DNA of 64,000 nt from Perna viridis. Lineage: Eukaryota. The position numbers were made by a program, and so were the translations under genes. The stretch covers positions 8,680,001 to 8,744,000 of the forward strand of contig CM074511.1 in assembly GCA_037379345.1 (NCBI GenBank). Direction: 5' to 3'. Of the stretch, positions 11,965-24,865 are shown in pieces. The notes below the pieces were generated by a model. That model saw only the letters and a list, made by a program, of their open reading frames with translations, made no database searches and was not told the DNA's origin. How positions within the stretch are numbered: the stretch's first letter is position 1; the number at the start of each line of letters is the position of its first letter.

Positions 11965-14448
11965 ACCATAGGATACCAGTAGACTTCACTATATACTACC
12001 CTAGACACAGGCTGGCAGTACTTCAACTGAAATCAGTAGACTCCACTATATTTTAACCAAAGGATACCATTAGACTCTACTACATACTATCTAAATACAA
12101 GCTGGCAGTACTTCAACTGATATAAACCATAGGATACCAACAGATTCCACTATATACTACCTAAATACAAGCTGGCACTACTTCAACTGATAATAACCAT
12201 AGGATACCAGTTGACTCCACTATATATTACATAGATACTGGCTGGCAGTACTTCAACTGATATAAACCACTGGATACCACTAGACTGTAAATTATCTTCA
12301 TTAGTATCCGTAGATATGGAGATTTCAAATCCCTGAAGTATGTTAGTACATCCTGAGGCGAAGCCAATGGGGTACGGCAGTACTGAAGGGTTTAAAATCT
12401 CCATATCTATGGACACAAATGTAGATGACAATTTTATCCCCAGTTTCAAGCTTAAACTGTCATTTTTTTTTTAGGGATTTTGAACACAACATGTCACGCA
12501 AATGTAACGTTTTTGCAAGTATTTTTGAAAAATATAGTGAAATACTCAAATTTTGAGTGTTTTTATTGGATGTAGGGTACTACCTTTGGTAGAACCCTAC
12601 AGGTGCCCAAATATAAGGCGTTTTTATTGAAATAACAATGGAAATCGACAATGTTGTTTTTGCCAGTCAAAGTCTTGAACGCTATGTCACAGACGTCAAA
12701 AATTCAATGGGTCAGAGATGTGAACTTGACACTAAACTAGGTCAGGAATTTCATTGACGATGATGATAATGAAGCAACGTCATGAGCGTAAAAAATCTGA
12801 AAAATAGGACAAATTAATGGTATCAAAGGATTAATTTGTTTAAAAGGTACAACACTTTATTACTAGGGATATATGGAGTGTACAGAATTCACCATTCATT
12901 GAGGAATTTCAAGTAATTCTACAAAAAACTTTAAAATTCAATCACTGAAATTTTGTGCTAAAATCAGAGTTCATTTTTCATTTGTTTTGGTAAATGTGGA
13001 TGCTGATAGATCCAATGTAACATCCATGAAATACCGGGATTTATGGAACAGAATCAAAGTTGCTGAGCAAGTCATTTAAGTTAACACCGGACAGTTGATT
13101 TCTGAATTCAGTCATTTGTGTGTTCATTGAGGACGGAAATACTGTCTGCAGTGTGCGTGACATTCCCCGGGGAAATGTCTAATAACCCCCTAGGGATATG
13201 GCTTAACAAAGTCCAGGGATATGGAATTCTGAGCGACATGTAGCTAACCAATCAAATTTCAGTATTGATACCCTGCCAGGGATAATCTACCATATACTAC
13301 ATAGATACAGGCTGGCAGTACTTCAACTGTTATAAACCTCAGGATACCACTGGATTTTACTACAAACTACCCAGATACAGGCTGGCAGTACTTCAACTGA
13401 TATAAACCTTAGGATACCAGTGGATTCTACTACAAACTACCCAGATACAGGCTGGCAGTACTTCAACTGATATAAACCTTAGGATACCAGTAGATTTTAC
13501 TACAAACTACCTTGGTACAGGCTGGCAGTACTTCAACTGATATAAACCTTAGGATACCAGTGGATTCTACTACAAACTACCCAGATATAGGCTGGCAGTA
13601 CTTCAACTGATATAAACCTTAGGATACCAGTAGATTTTACTACAAACCACCTTGGTACAGGCTGGCAGTACTTCAACTGATATAAACCTTAGGATACCAG
13701 TGGATTCTACTACAAACTACCCCGATTCAGGCTGGCAGTACTTCAACTGATATAAACCTTAGGATACCAGTAGATTTTACTACAAACTACCTTGGTACAG
13801 GGTGGCAGTACTTCAACTGATATAAACCTTAGGATACCAGTGGATTCTACTACAAACTACCTAGATACAGGCTGGCAGTTCTTCAACTGATATAAACCTT
13901 AGGATACCAGTATATTCTACTACAAAACTACCCAGATACAGTCTGGCAGTTCTTCAACTGATATAAACCTTAGGAAACGAGTGGATTCTACTACAAACTA
14001 CCTAGATACAGGCTGGCAGTACTTCAACTGATATAAACCTTAGGATGCCAGTGGATTCTACTACAAACTACCTAGATACAGGCTGGCAGCACTTCAACTG
14101 ATATAAACTGTAGGATACCAGCAGACTCTACTATATACAACCTATATACAGGCTGGTAGCACTTCAACTGATATAAACTGTAGGATACCAGCAGACTCTA
14201 CTATATACAACCTATATACAGGCTGGTAGCACTTCAACTGATATAAACTGTAGGATACCTGCAGACTCTACTATATACAACCTATATACAGGCTGGTAGC
14301 ACTTCAACTGATATAAACCATAGGATGCCAGTAGATTCTACTATATACAACCTATATACAGGCTGGTAGTACTTAAACAGATTAAACCTTAGGATACCAG
14401 AAGACTCTACTACATACTACATAGGTACAGGCTGGTAGTACTTCAATT
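11965..14448. repeat. 70-bp minisatellite (~21 copies) interrupted by a ~1-kb insertion
   Basis: Unit GCTGGCAGTACTTCAACTGATATAAACCTTAGGATACCAGTGGATTCTACTACAAACTACCCAGATACAG, with starts at 13381, 13451, 13521 and onward. About 4-5 older copies at 11965-12290 and ~16 copies at 13287-14448. Confidence 0.95.
12291..13286 (+). mobile_element. Non-autonomous hairpin-headed element, Crypton-like (putatively tyrosine-recombinase mobilised)
   Basis: It splits one 70-bp repeat unit, which defines its ends. The ends ATTATC...GATAAT form a 6-bp inverted pair with no clear TSD. An imperfect hairpin with ~60-bp arms at 12295-12425 has a GGC-GAA-GCC apex, and AACCAATCAAATTTCAGTATT lies near the far end. 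No ORF. Confidence 0.7.
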
Positions 14449-15444
14449 AGCTTACTTTCAAGACTTAATTTGGGAAGTTAAAACTTGTCAGTGCTGTAAA
14501 CTTAAAAAAAGTTAACCTGACCATAAGGGGAAAAAGCTCCAACAGAAAAAAGTCAAAATATACACTATTTTGCAACAACTAAGGCTGGGACTAAAATTTT
14601 AAAAAAAATGCATGAAGTAGAGTAGATTATAGAAACCATGTAAAAAAACAATTTTGATTATGTAATTTATGCTTTTCCCAATGTGTTTCAATAATTATTG
14701 TGTAATAAATTCATAAATTCAATACTCAAATACAACTAAAAATGTTTTTTTATTACCTTTAAGAAATTACTCTAATGCCCTGCTTGGCTTTATAAATCAA
14801 GCCTTTAAAAATTTGGTAAAATTGTTAGTTTAAAATCTAAAGCTATGAAAAAGGTTTATGTTCAGACAGACAGACAGACAGACAGACACAAAGATAAAAT
14901 CTAAATGCCTTTAACTCAGTTGGCTTGGCTTTAAACCCTAAATCAAACAGTTTTGTTCAAAACTAAGTCCATCAAAACTAGGAATTTGATATCACATTGA
15001 GACATTTTATAGCATTAGTTTTCGATTATTTGGACAGAGAAAATAACCACATAATAAGACATTTAGAAAGAATAAGATATTCTGAACTTCTTTACAGCTG
15101 TACCTCAGTATAACATTATCCAACAATTCTATGACGTACTTCAGACTAAGATTTAATCATGTCCACCAATACAACGATGGTTTTATGTTCTAGTAAGGCT
15201 AAAACCAATTAGATTACAGACCCTATAAAGGTATTATAAGACCTCTCAAGATGGCTTGAACAGTATGATTTAACAATAACAGGTATTAAGTAATGTGGTA
15301 CAATTATCGCAAGAGATTTCCATAATGTACTGTAAGCAATTTTCCTTCAACTCATGCTGACTATTTTGCAACCAGTACTTTCAATATGATACTTGGTCAA
15401 ACTACCTTTTCTAGAACACCTTAGTAATGATGATTTTGAAATCA

Positions 15445-15890
15445 AGTTATGTTACATGCAATGCTGCACTTTGTACTGTAGCCAATTTTACATATAATAA
15501 GCAATTGGTACCATATAATATTTTAAATGTAATAAGGCAGTCAGTACTACAAGAAAATACCATATGTAATACAGTACTTTGTACTATAGCAAATTTCACA
15601 TATAAGCAATTAGTACCATAGACAATTTTACATGTAATAAGGCAGTCAGTACTGCAAGAAAATGCTACATGTAATAGGACAGTTGGTACCATGCTACATG
15701 TAATACTGCAGTTCTTACTATAGCCAATTTTACTTGTAATTAGAAATTGGTATCATAGACAATTTTACATGTATTAAGACATTTTGTTCCATAGACAATT
15801 TTACATTAATAAGGCAGTTGTTACCACAGACAATTTTACATGTAATAAGGCAGTTTGTACCAATGCAGTTGCATTTAATAAGGCAGTCTC
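15445..15890. repeat. Degenerate compound tandem repeat
   Basis: Recurrent CCATAGACAATTTTACATGTAATAAGGCAG motif, plus a longer duplicated block (~15470-15580 versus ~15580-15690). Confidence 0.75.
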
Positions 15891-16651
15891 TGCCTTAGTG
15901 AAAGTCTTACACAAAGTGTAAATAAGGCAAGATCTTTTTACATTTCTTCCTATTCTGCATATATTTGTTTTCCTTTTTTTAAAAGAAAATTGAAATTATA
16001 TTTTCAGTATAGATATGCAATGGTTAACAATGAAAAATAAAAATCAAAACAGCAAATTAGAGCATTAGCTTCAAGTTGATATTTTCAACAGGCTGCTTCC
16101 TACATCTGCAAGTTGAAGAATGCCCAGGGTTTTTATTTGTCAAATTGAGACAAATCTTAGAGTAAATTATCACCAGTCTATCAGAATTGTTAAGATATTT
16201 TGGAGTTTACATACTGTTTTTGCCTTAATAAATAAGAGTAATGTTTTATGTCAGATCCTAAATTAGTCAAGAAACATTAGGGCACACCTATCAACACATG
16301 GACCAAAATTCTTTTTACTTTGCATGGCAATAAGTATAACAGAATATATCTAAACTTCAAAGTATTGGCTGCTGTAATAGCCTTTGGGTTTAGTTACAAT
16401 TTTGTTTGCCTTCTGAGAGATTTATTCTGCTTCAAATTAATCAACAAAATGGGAAAAACTGCTCTTGAGAGAATTATTTTAACAGATTTTTACTTGAATT
16501 AATGAGCATTTCTAGAAATCGTCAGCTGGTAATGATGGGAGTACCTGGTAATTTACTGTATTTCCTATGTCTATAAAGTGAAAAATTTAAAACAAGTGAA
16601 AGAACGAAAGAAACAAAAACAAAATAACAAATTACAAAAAACCTTGTTGTT

Positions 16652-16700
16652 GTTCTGGTTACACATGTGCTGGTTACACATGTTCTGGTTACACATGTCG
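16652..16700. repeat. 15-bp tandem repeat x3
   Basis: GTTCTGGTTACACAT repeated three times. Confidence 0.85.
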
Positions 16701-17064
16701 CCTAGTTACCAATAACAACTACAGTAATTGTATGTACATACATGTACTAACAGGTTATCATAAGTGTCAACCTTTGGAAACTTAAAACAGGGAGATAACT
16801 GAAGAGGGAGATTTAACATAGCATCATTTTCATGATATGCTTTAGCTGTCAACTATTTTTGTATTTAAACTATACTTGAGTTTGTGAAAGTTTATTTTTA
16901 TACATTACAACAATAAATTGGAATTTAAAAAAAAATATTTTGTTGAACATTGAAATAAGTCGCTTCTGAGCTTCATTAATTTCCCCTTGCCTCCTCTTCA
17001 TTGTGACTGATGAAATACCAAAATACCAAATATTTTGAGAGTGGGAGTTTCTAAGCACCATCCA

Positions 17065-17385
17065 GGACAGATACATGTACTGACAGGTTAGTCAGTAGAC
17101 AGATACATGTACTGACAGGTAAGTCAGTAGATAGATACATGTATTGACAGGTCAGTCTGTAGACAAGATATCTGTACTGACATGTGTCTGTACAGAGAAA
17201 CATATACTGCCAGACAAGTCTGTTCATAGATATATGTACTAACAGGTCAGTTTGTACAGTCTGTTGCCTGGTAAGTGTACTGGCAGGTACATTAACTGAC
17301 AAGAGAGTCTGTAGATAGATATCTGTACTGACAAAGTCGATAGAAAGATAATTTACTGACATATAAGTCCACCGACAGATGCATA
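17065..17385. repeat. Degenerate ~32-bp minisatellite
   Basis: About 9-10 diverged units resembling GACAGATACATGTACTGACAGGTAAGTCAGTA. Confidence 0.8.
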
Positions 17386-20300
17386 TAATGGAAGAAAAGC
17401 TCATTGAATTTTCTTACTCAATGACAAACTGGAAAGGTTTGAAAGATAAGCTATTTAGACCTGTTTTCATTACGTTTAATTTAAGTAGGTTTTTAGTGTA
17501 AGAAAAGTTAGCTTTTTTATCTGTCCACACATTAAGTGCTACAAGAGATATTTGTACTGACATGCATGTGACACAAAAAGCATCATGACTCAGCAAGAAT
17601 TTTCATTATTTTATCATTTGTTGTATTCAGTTGAGAAGACCAGGGGAAGAAAAGTTCAAATTGTTTGTCTTCACTAGACATGATGTCCAAAGAGAAGTTT
17701 ATTGTTCCTCTTAACCATTCAAATGAAAAGTAACTCACCCTTGCCAGTTGTTCATAATGAAAATATGTAAGTGTATGAGGATTAAAAACCCTGTTTTTAT
17801 GGAAGAAATGGATAATTAGCTTGTTAAAGTATCAAGAATTGAACAAATCTTCAACTCATCAAAGATTTCCCTGTTTTAAAAAAATGTTAAACTTGTGTGA
17901 TGAATTCCCTTTTTCAGGTCATTGTTATAACCCAGAAAGAACTGAACTACATGTAGCTTTAATAACTTAGATGTAATATTGTTTGAAGTTACAAGTAATT
18001 GCCAAACACATTGTATTAATTCTTATTAAGCTGTGAGGTCTAACAAAGTTCAACCTTCTCATTGACCAGTCCTGACCAGTACCAAGATATTAAAAAAATA
18101 AATCAATGGAAAAATATTCTTCTGAAAACAATTAAGATACAGAGTTAAAGTAAACATGCTACAACACAAACACAGAGCATAAATGGTTAAAAGTCCAAAA
18201 AAAAAAGTCAAAGTTCAGAAACAAAGCAACAGACAAATTTCTGTTTGTTTTTAAAATGTAAGTATTTGTGTAAAGAAATTTCACTAGCACTTTGGAGCAG
18301 TTCAAGTTTAAATAGATTTCACAACATTATATGGTGCAAATCATGTTCACATGGGGCAATAACTATTGTGTTCATATTACTTCAGCTTGACTGTCTTTAA
18401 TATTATTCCAGTCTAAAAAAATATTTTCTTCAATTAGGACGTCATAAAATCTTGTTAGTACAGGGATATGTCAATGCCTTATCGCTGTCGGGATCTGTAA
18501 TTATGAATATATAAGTAACTCATAAAATCTATCAATCAATGATTTAAATGATAACATTTTCAAAAAGTACAAAAATAAAATGACATCAAAATCTTGGATT
18601 CATTTTAAAATCATTACCATATCATAATGATTAAACAAGTAATTATTTCTAATGAAAGGTCAACACAAAATAAATTTACCTGTCAAAAAAAGTTGAATTG
18701 TCACAATCCCTGTCAAAATACTGCACTAGAGCTACCAGAAATTCAGTTCGTAATGATTATTTCTCCTGTAGATGGGCTGAGTTGATGATTGACAAGACAA
18801 ACCAATATATGACTCCAGTTGGCGGTGTCTTGGGGTTTTAAAAGCTAAAAAGATGCAATATGTCTGATGCATGTTTTCTTCCTTGTTTAAATCCTCTTAA
18901 AAGTTACATCTAACAAATTAAATTTAAAGAAATATGAGACCCTTACTGACAATTTTACCTTATCCATGCTGTTTTTGTGTTGTAAATAAAATATTTCCAT
19001 TTTTTTAAGGTGTTATTAGCATTTAAATTAAATATGAAGACACTGTCAATAACCTTGACTATTGAAAAACTTAATTGAAAATTAAACCATTTACATGCTA
19101 TAAAACTAATGGTGCTACAAATTATTTTTAAATAGTAATAAGACATGCTCAATAAATGCTATTCTTCTTTCTAATCAAGATTTTATGTATGTTTTTAGAA
19201 TTATATTTCTCCAAACCTTTCAATACATGTCCATGACCCAACAATGCCCTCTTACACAAACAATTGAAACAATTATTTGGGAAACCATCTTCTGGTCAAA
19301 TGATTCTGCATAAAATTAAATTATTCCACTAGTTGTAAAAAAAAATACTAGTTATAGTTGGAAAGAATAGGTTCATTGAATTAAATTTAGGGACAGAGCT
19401 AATCTCTGCAATGATCAAGTTCATGCTTATCAATAATCAAAGTAAACAGATATTATACTATCTACTTGACAGCTGACTAATCAGTAAAGTAAATAATCAT
19501 TCTTAGAGTACCCTTCCTGACATGTATTTATTTTTTACTTCTTTTTGAATAAAAAATAACTGCTTAAAAAAAGTTGAAATAAACAAACAAGAGGCAAATT
19601 AACAGATGGATAAACAGATAAAAATACTGATTCTACTTTTCCAGTATGAAGATTAGACAGTGTCATAAATGGGTGGCAACAAAAAGTTCACATAAGTTTA
19701 TCCTTTACTACTAGTGTTATTTAAGAACCTTAATTTTGCCCTGTTAGAGTAATATGTCTTTTCCATGCAATCAAAAAATAAAGTATATATTTAGAGCAAT
19801 TCATCAAGTATTTAAAGACTATAATTAACACTAGGCTGTCGATGAAAGTTAAACCTTTTAGGATACACAAATGGAAAGACAAATAAGTACAAATTACAGC
19901 CATGATAAAGCTATGACTTGTTTTGTAATTAATCTATAATTTATTGACTGGATATTTAATTAAAGAAAAATCTGTTCTTAACTTTGGCTTAGGTATATGA
20001 TATTGAAAAGGAAGTGAATCTTGAAGTCAGAACAATCAACATTACACTGGTCAAGATGATTGCAAAATAGTGACCTTGAATTTTAAACCTTCTTTTATCA
20101 TTCCATAAATAAACCTTATTCATGGTGTGGAAACTTTGTAGGTTTCCAGTTTTATATGACTATTTTACATGGTTCATCCATTTTCTCCCCTTCAAAAGTA
20201 AGGTATTCTAATTTTTTTCAGGTAAACAAACCATCATAGTCAGAGGAATCAAATTAAATTTCAAAGGCTTGTTATGAAAGCACAAAACCATAAAACACAC

Positions 20301-20396
20301 CTTACAAGTAACTATTTAATGCAACACATTAGGTAGACTCATGTGTAAAAGTTTCATTTCATTCCATTCAGCATCTTCAAGGGTGTAGCAATTGCA

Positions 20397-20695
20397 AACA
20401 AGTACTATCTTTAAAAAAAAGATAGCCAACACAGTAAAAATGTGTTCCTTTCTACCTCTAAGTTTCTATATTTTCTTTCAATTTCAAATTGTTTCTATAT
20501 TTTGACACAATTTCAAATTCTCGATACTGTTTTTTCTAACACAATTTTCAATACAATTTTTTCCAACGCCACTAAGTTATCAGTATTTGGCAAATCGGGG
20601 AACAGAATTGCGGTCAAGTGACTTGTGTTTCCATAGAAGAGCGTCCTTAAGGTCAAAGGGGGAAAAGTGAAACTATACTGACTGCGTTGGAAAAA
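20397..20695 (-). mobile_element. Small Helentron-type element with subterminal inverted repeats, nested in an older HINE
   Basis: Hairpin CTATCTTT...AAAGATAG is followed by CCAACACAGT, and the other end is ACTGCGTTGG-AAAAA (inverted). An internally deleted copy sits at 32659-32766. The flank continues with GACAGACAGA and a CTACTTTT/AAGTGG hairpin to ~20765. Confidence 0.6.
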
Positions 20696-22560
20696 TGGGG
20701 ACAGACAGATTGACCAATGGCATTTTCAAAATATATCATCTACTTTTGGAAGTGGGGAAGAAAATAACTTTATTTTTTTTAATGGACCAGTTATGATTAA
20801 TTGCAAGAAACAACGAAGTACCATAAACAACCTTAGATTTATACGGTACCGGGGGGTATCTGGGAAATGGGTCATTGCTCATGCTATACACTGCTAGGAC
20901 TAAGATTCAATATATTCAAGTGAAATATTAGCACAAACTCTGAATTTCTTAGATGTAAAATGTGATGGTTCAATTATTAGAATCTCACTTAAAAACAGGA
21001 AACCTGAAGAATACAAATGAAAAAGAAAACTGCATGAAAATAAGTTTTGGATCTTCCAAAAGGTCTTGGTAAAAGTGCAAAATATAATTTATGACCTAAT
21101 AAACCCAATACAACATGGTAAAATAAACATCTAAGAGACAAACTGACTGGGTCACTGTTTAATAAACAAATATGGATCAGCCCCTAGAGTAATATACTGA
21201 ACACCTCAGTACCTAAACAATCTAACCATAGATTACACATACCTAACACAAACAGAGGCTAATTATATATTTGGTTAATACCTATTATTACAATCAGCAG
21301 GTATCTGTTATTTTATAATAAAGATGTTGTGGTATGAAAAACTATCTACATATCAAACATCCCCAACAATTGTCCCTTTATTACTGGTAAACTGATGCTG
21401 TAATCTTATCTCTACATTATAACATCTAATCGTCCAATTAAAAAGCAGGAAAATTATCACCAAATAGATGTATTCAAATATAATACACAGCTCAAATGTC
21501 TTATCTGCAGTTTCATTTCTGAACTGTTACCAGTTCTTAATACATTTTCTACAAAGGAAGTAGAAGAAATGTGTTCATCATGGACATGGGTGCTTTAAGT
21601 AACAGTGTTGTCTTGTTACTATACTGCTTATTTTTCCCTTTCATCTGCATTACTGACTTCAGATAGCTATCACTTAGTTTCTGCCTTTTTTTTTTAATTT
21701 TTGGTATGTGGCTGTATACTATGATGGAGAAATGTAATATGAGTTTTGAACCCAAGCCTTGCCTTCTGAAATAATCACAATTGTGTCAAAATAAGAATTC
21801 GCACCAATATATTTTTGATGGGCAGTTACTCTAGAACAAATATTGGATCCCTTGTAGACAAGACTTTGGATTCACAACTGTGAAGTATTTATTTATGAAA
21901 GAAAAACTATGATGGAAACAAGTCACTAGTTCCTCCTTCAAAAAGTCTAACAAATTGTTATGAACAAATAACATAAAATAATATGATAGAAATTTGTCAT
22001 ACTTCACAATATCATTGGAAGCACCAGCAATTACAGAATTCTGAAAAACAAATCCTCTACATTAGACAATAAAGTAGAAAAAGTGCTTGGATAATTGGGG
22101 AGTAGCTGTTATTACAGAAAATTTAAAGACATAATGATCAGGCAGGGTATTTCCTGTAAGTGTCTTCCGTTGGCTATTTACTGAAGACATTATCCGATAT
22201 AAGAGGTACGGAATTACGACGTAAAGACTTGAATCTACAGACATTATTTTGTACATTAGGAATGGAATGACAGATCTAGATTAATCATAAAACAGGCTAG
22301 AAAAACAGGTAAACAAGGGACATATGAAGACAGCAATGTTGTAGATCTAATCAAATGATGTTTATAAAAATCAATATGATAATTCACAAAGGTTATCGCA
22401 GGTTGTTGTCTTCAAAGTTAATGACCAAAAAAAAATAATAAAAAAAAATGGAGTTATTTGTCTGGGGCCTAGAAATTTTTCAAGAAGACAAAAAAGACGG
22501 CAATTTCTGATATGTCACATCAAAGAGAGTGAATCTGCCAGTGGTAATATTTCTTTTTAA

Positions 22561-23378
22561 AACAAGGTATTGTTTGAATTTGGAATTATTTTGGAATTAA
22601 GAAAATGACCAGTAATAAATTTATAAAACTAATCCTTACTAAGGGGGTTAGTCATGCTGGCATGTCTAAGGGGTAAGGTTAGTTGGATAACAAATAGCAG
22701 GGAAAAGTTTATAACCCCCCTAGTCATAACGGCATGACTAACCCCCCCCTTAGTCATGACGACACGACTAACCCCCCCCCCCCTTAGTCATGACGACACG
22801 ACTAACCCCCCCTTAGTCATGACGACACGACTAACTCCCCTTAGTCGTGACGACACGACTAACCCCCCTTAGTCATGACGGCACGACTAACCCCCCCTTA
22901 GTCATGACGGCACGACTAACCCCCCCTTAGTCATGACGACACGACTAACCCCCCCCCCCTTAGTCATGACGACATGACTACCCCCCCCCCCCCCTTAGTC
23001 ATGACGGCACGACTAACCCCCCCTTAGTCATGACGGCATGACTAACCCCCCTTAGTCATGACGACATGACTAACCCCCCCCCCCTTAGTCATGACAACAT
23101 GACTACCCCCTCCTTAGTCATGACGGCACGACTAACCCCCCCTTAGTCATGACGGCATGACTAACCCCCCTTAGTCATGACGGCATGACTAACCCCCCTT
23201 AGTCATGACGGCATGACTAACCCCCCCTTAGTCATGACGACATGACTACCCCCCCCCCCCCCCCCCCCTTAGTCATGACGGCATGACTAACCCCCTAAGT
23301 AGGAGTAAGTATTGTAAAAATTGCTTTCACTTATTTTCTTAAATCCAAAATAATTCCAACTTCAAATAATACCTTGTC
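22561..23378. mobile_element. TTAA-flanked foldback/MITE (Kolobok-like) with an internal hairpin-poly(C) tandem array
   Basis: TTAA at 22557-22560 and 23379-23382. TIRs are near-perfect over ~50 bp and imperfect further in: AACAAGGTATTGTTTGAATTTGGAATTATTTTGGAATTAAGAAAAT / ATTTTCTTAAATCCAAAATAATTCCAACTTCAAATAATACCTTGTC. Termini are RR...YY. Confidence 0.85.
22713..23295. repeat. 19 units of TTAGTCATG-ACGG-CATGACTAA separated by C-runs of variable length
   Basis: Counted directly. Each 22-bp core is a 9-bp-stem hairpin, and the C-tracts range from ~5 to ~20 nt. Confidence 0.95.
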
Positions 23379-24577
23379 TTAATAAAATTATCAAGTATGA
23401 GCTTGAACAAGTTAAGCAGCAAGTAGTCAACATTTTCCTAGCTGAGAAAACATGAAGGAAATGTGAGCAAAAAATGTAATCAACATCAGATATGAAAATA
23501 ATCATACTGGCTTTATACAAGCTTAAGCAACTAAAACAGCTCCTTTAAAAATCATATTTTGTAATTTGAGTTAGGCTTATCATCCCCGTCTTATTAACCA
23601 GCAGAACATTGTAACCTCCAAAATATTAAAAATATCAACTTCTCTAAACATTACCCCTGCTCAATAAGAGTTGTTTTGACAAATCCAGCTACAATAACCT
23701 AGCATGCGTCCAAAATATACAGATTTACATTCCACTTCTCCTAACATAATACAGCTAGCACAGAAATAGAAATAAAAAATAAACAAGAAATGGTAAAAAC
23801 AATATAACTACCAACAGCAACAACAGACATGCTTAGGATGTACATATCATATTAGTTTCATTTTCACTAATCCTTGTACTTCCACCAAGCTTACTTGTAA
23901 GCTCAACCATAAAGTCATATTAGGTGGGAGTATGGATAAACTAAATATGGTTTAATTAATAAATCTCTTTCATCTATCAAACATTCAATATATAGTCTTG
24001 GTTTTGTAAGCTATTTCTTTGAAATAATTCACTAAATTGAGCTACAAAATCCCCATAATCAATCCCAGCTTCCCAATGTCCCCGTGGTGGTATTGCACCT
24101 TGTAATACAATTTCAAAAAGATCCATCCACTAATAGTAAAATTTTTTCTGGACATAGGAAAATGCCTGTTTCTGGCCCCTAATTTTTAAAACATTCAAGT
24201 CCTAAACCCCAAAACCAATCTGACCATTATGGTATTCAATATTGTTGAACAATATCAAAACCATTACAATACTTTTACTGGATTTATAAAGTTAAATTAC
24301 ATGAAATGCTTCTTTTTGGCCCCTTTGGGGTTGTAATTCTAAAGCAGTTGGGGCAATAACCCTCAAAATCAATATATACCTTCATTTTGTGGTTTGAAAC
24401 CTTGCTAAAATTTTTTATAAAGACCAACCTACTAATACTCTAGTTATGGCACAAAAACCAAGTATCTATGGACAACTACAACACTGAGGACTGCAACATA
24501 CCATTACACGACAGCAAATGTAAAAACTGCAAAAAAAAAAAAATCATTTTTCACAATTCAAGGGCAATACCTCTATT

Positions 24578-24860
24578 TAAGAATTGGCAATAATAAAAAT
24601 TTTGTCTATTGAAAAATAACATAAATTTTCCATATGCATATTGTTTATTTTGCAAAGTGCAATAAACAAAATATGCACATGGATTTATGTTATTTTTCAA
24701 TAGAAATTTTTTTTTATCATAGCCAATTCTTATAAATTAATTTTAAAACATATTTTATCTTTAAACATGAGAAAAGTAGCTCTGAATTTAACTGAATAGG
24801 GCATTGAAATTATTTAACCAATCAGATTACAGTATTTATCTCAAATTAATTTATATAATA
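24578..24860 (+). mobile_element. Short Crypton-like hairpin element
   Basis: ~155-bp imperfect palindrome at 24578-24732 (TAAGAATTGGC...GCCAATTCTTA; TATTGAAAAATAACATAAA/TTTATGTTATTTTTCAATA). It is followed by AACCAATCAGATTACAGTATT at 24816-24836, which resembles the end motif of 12291-13286. Confidence 0.55.
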
Positions 24861-24865
24861 ATAAA

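Noticed and set aside
17051-17404. 117-aa minus-strand ORF
   Set aside because: It overlaps a degenerate ~32-bp minisatellite and has no protein-like features.
22713-23295. CRISPR-like array of palindromic repeats
   Set aside because: The spacers are only poly-C, there are no cas genes, the context is eukaryotic, and the array lies inside TIRs.
23990-24520. Further decayed HINE-like fragments (similar ones near 37200-37430, 50760-51250 and 59930-60140)
   Set aside because: Shared motifs are visible, but boundaries could not be defined well enough to annotate.
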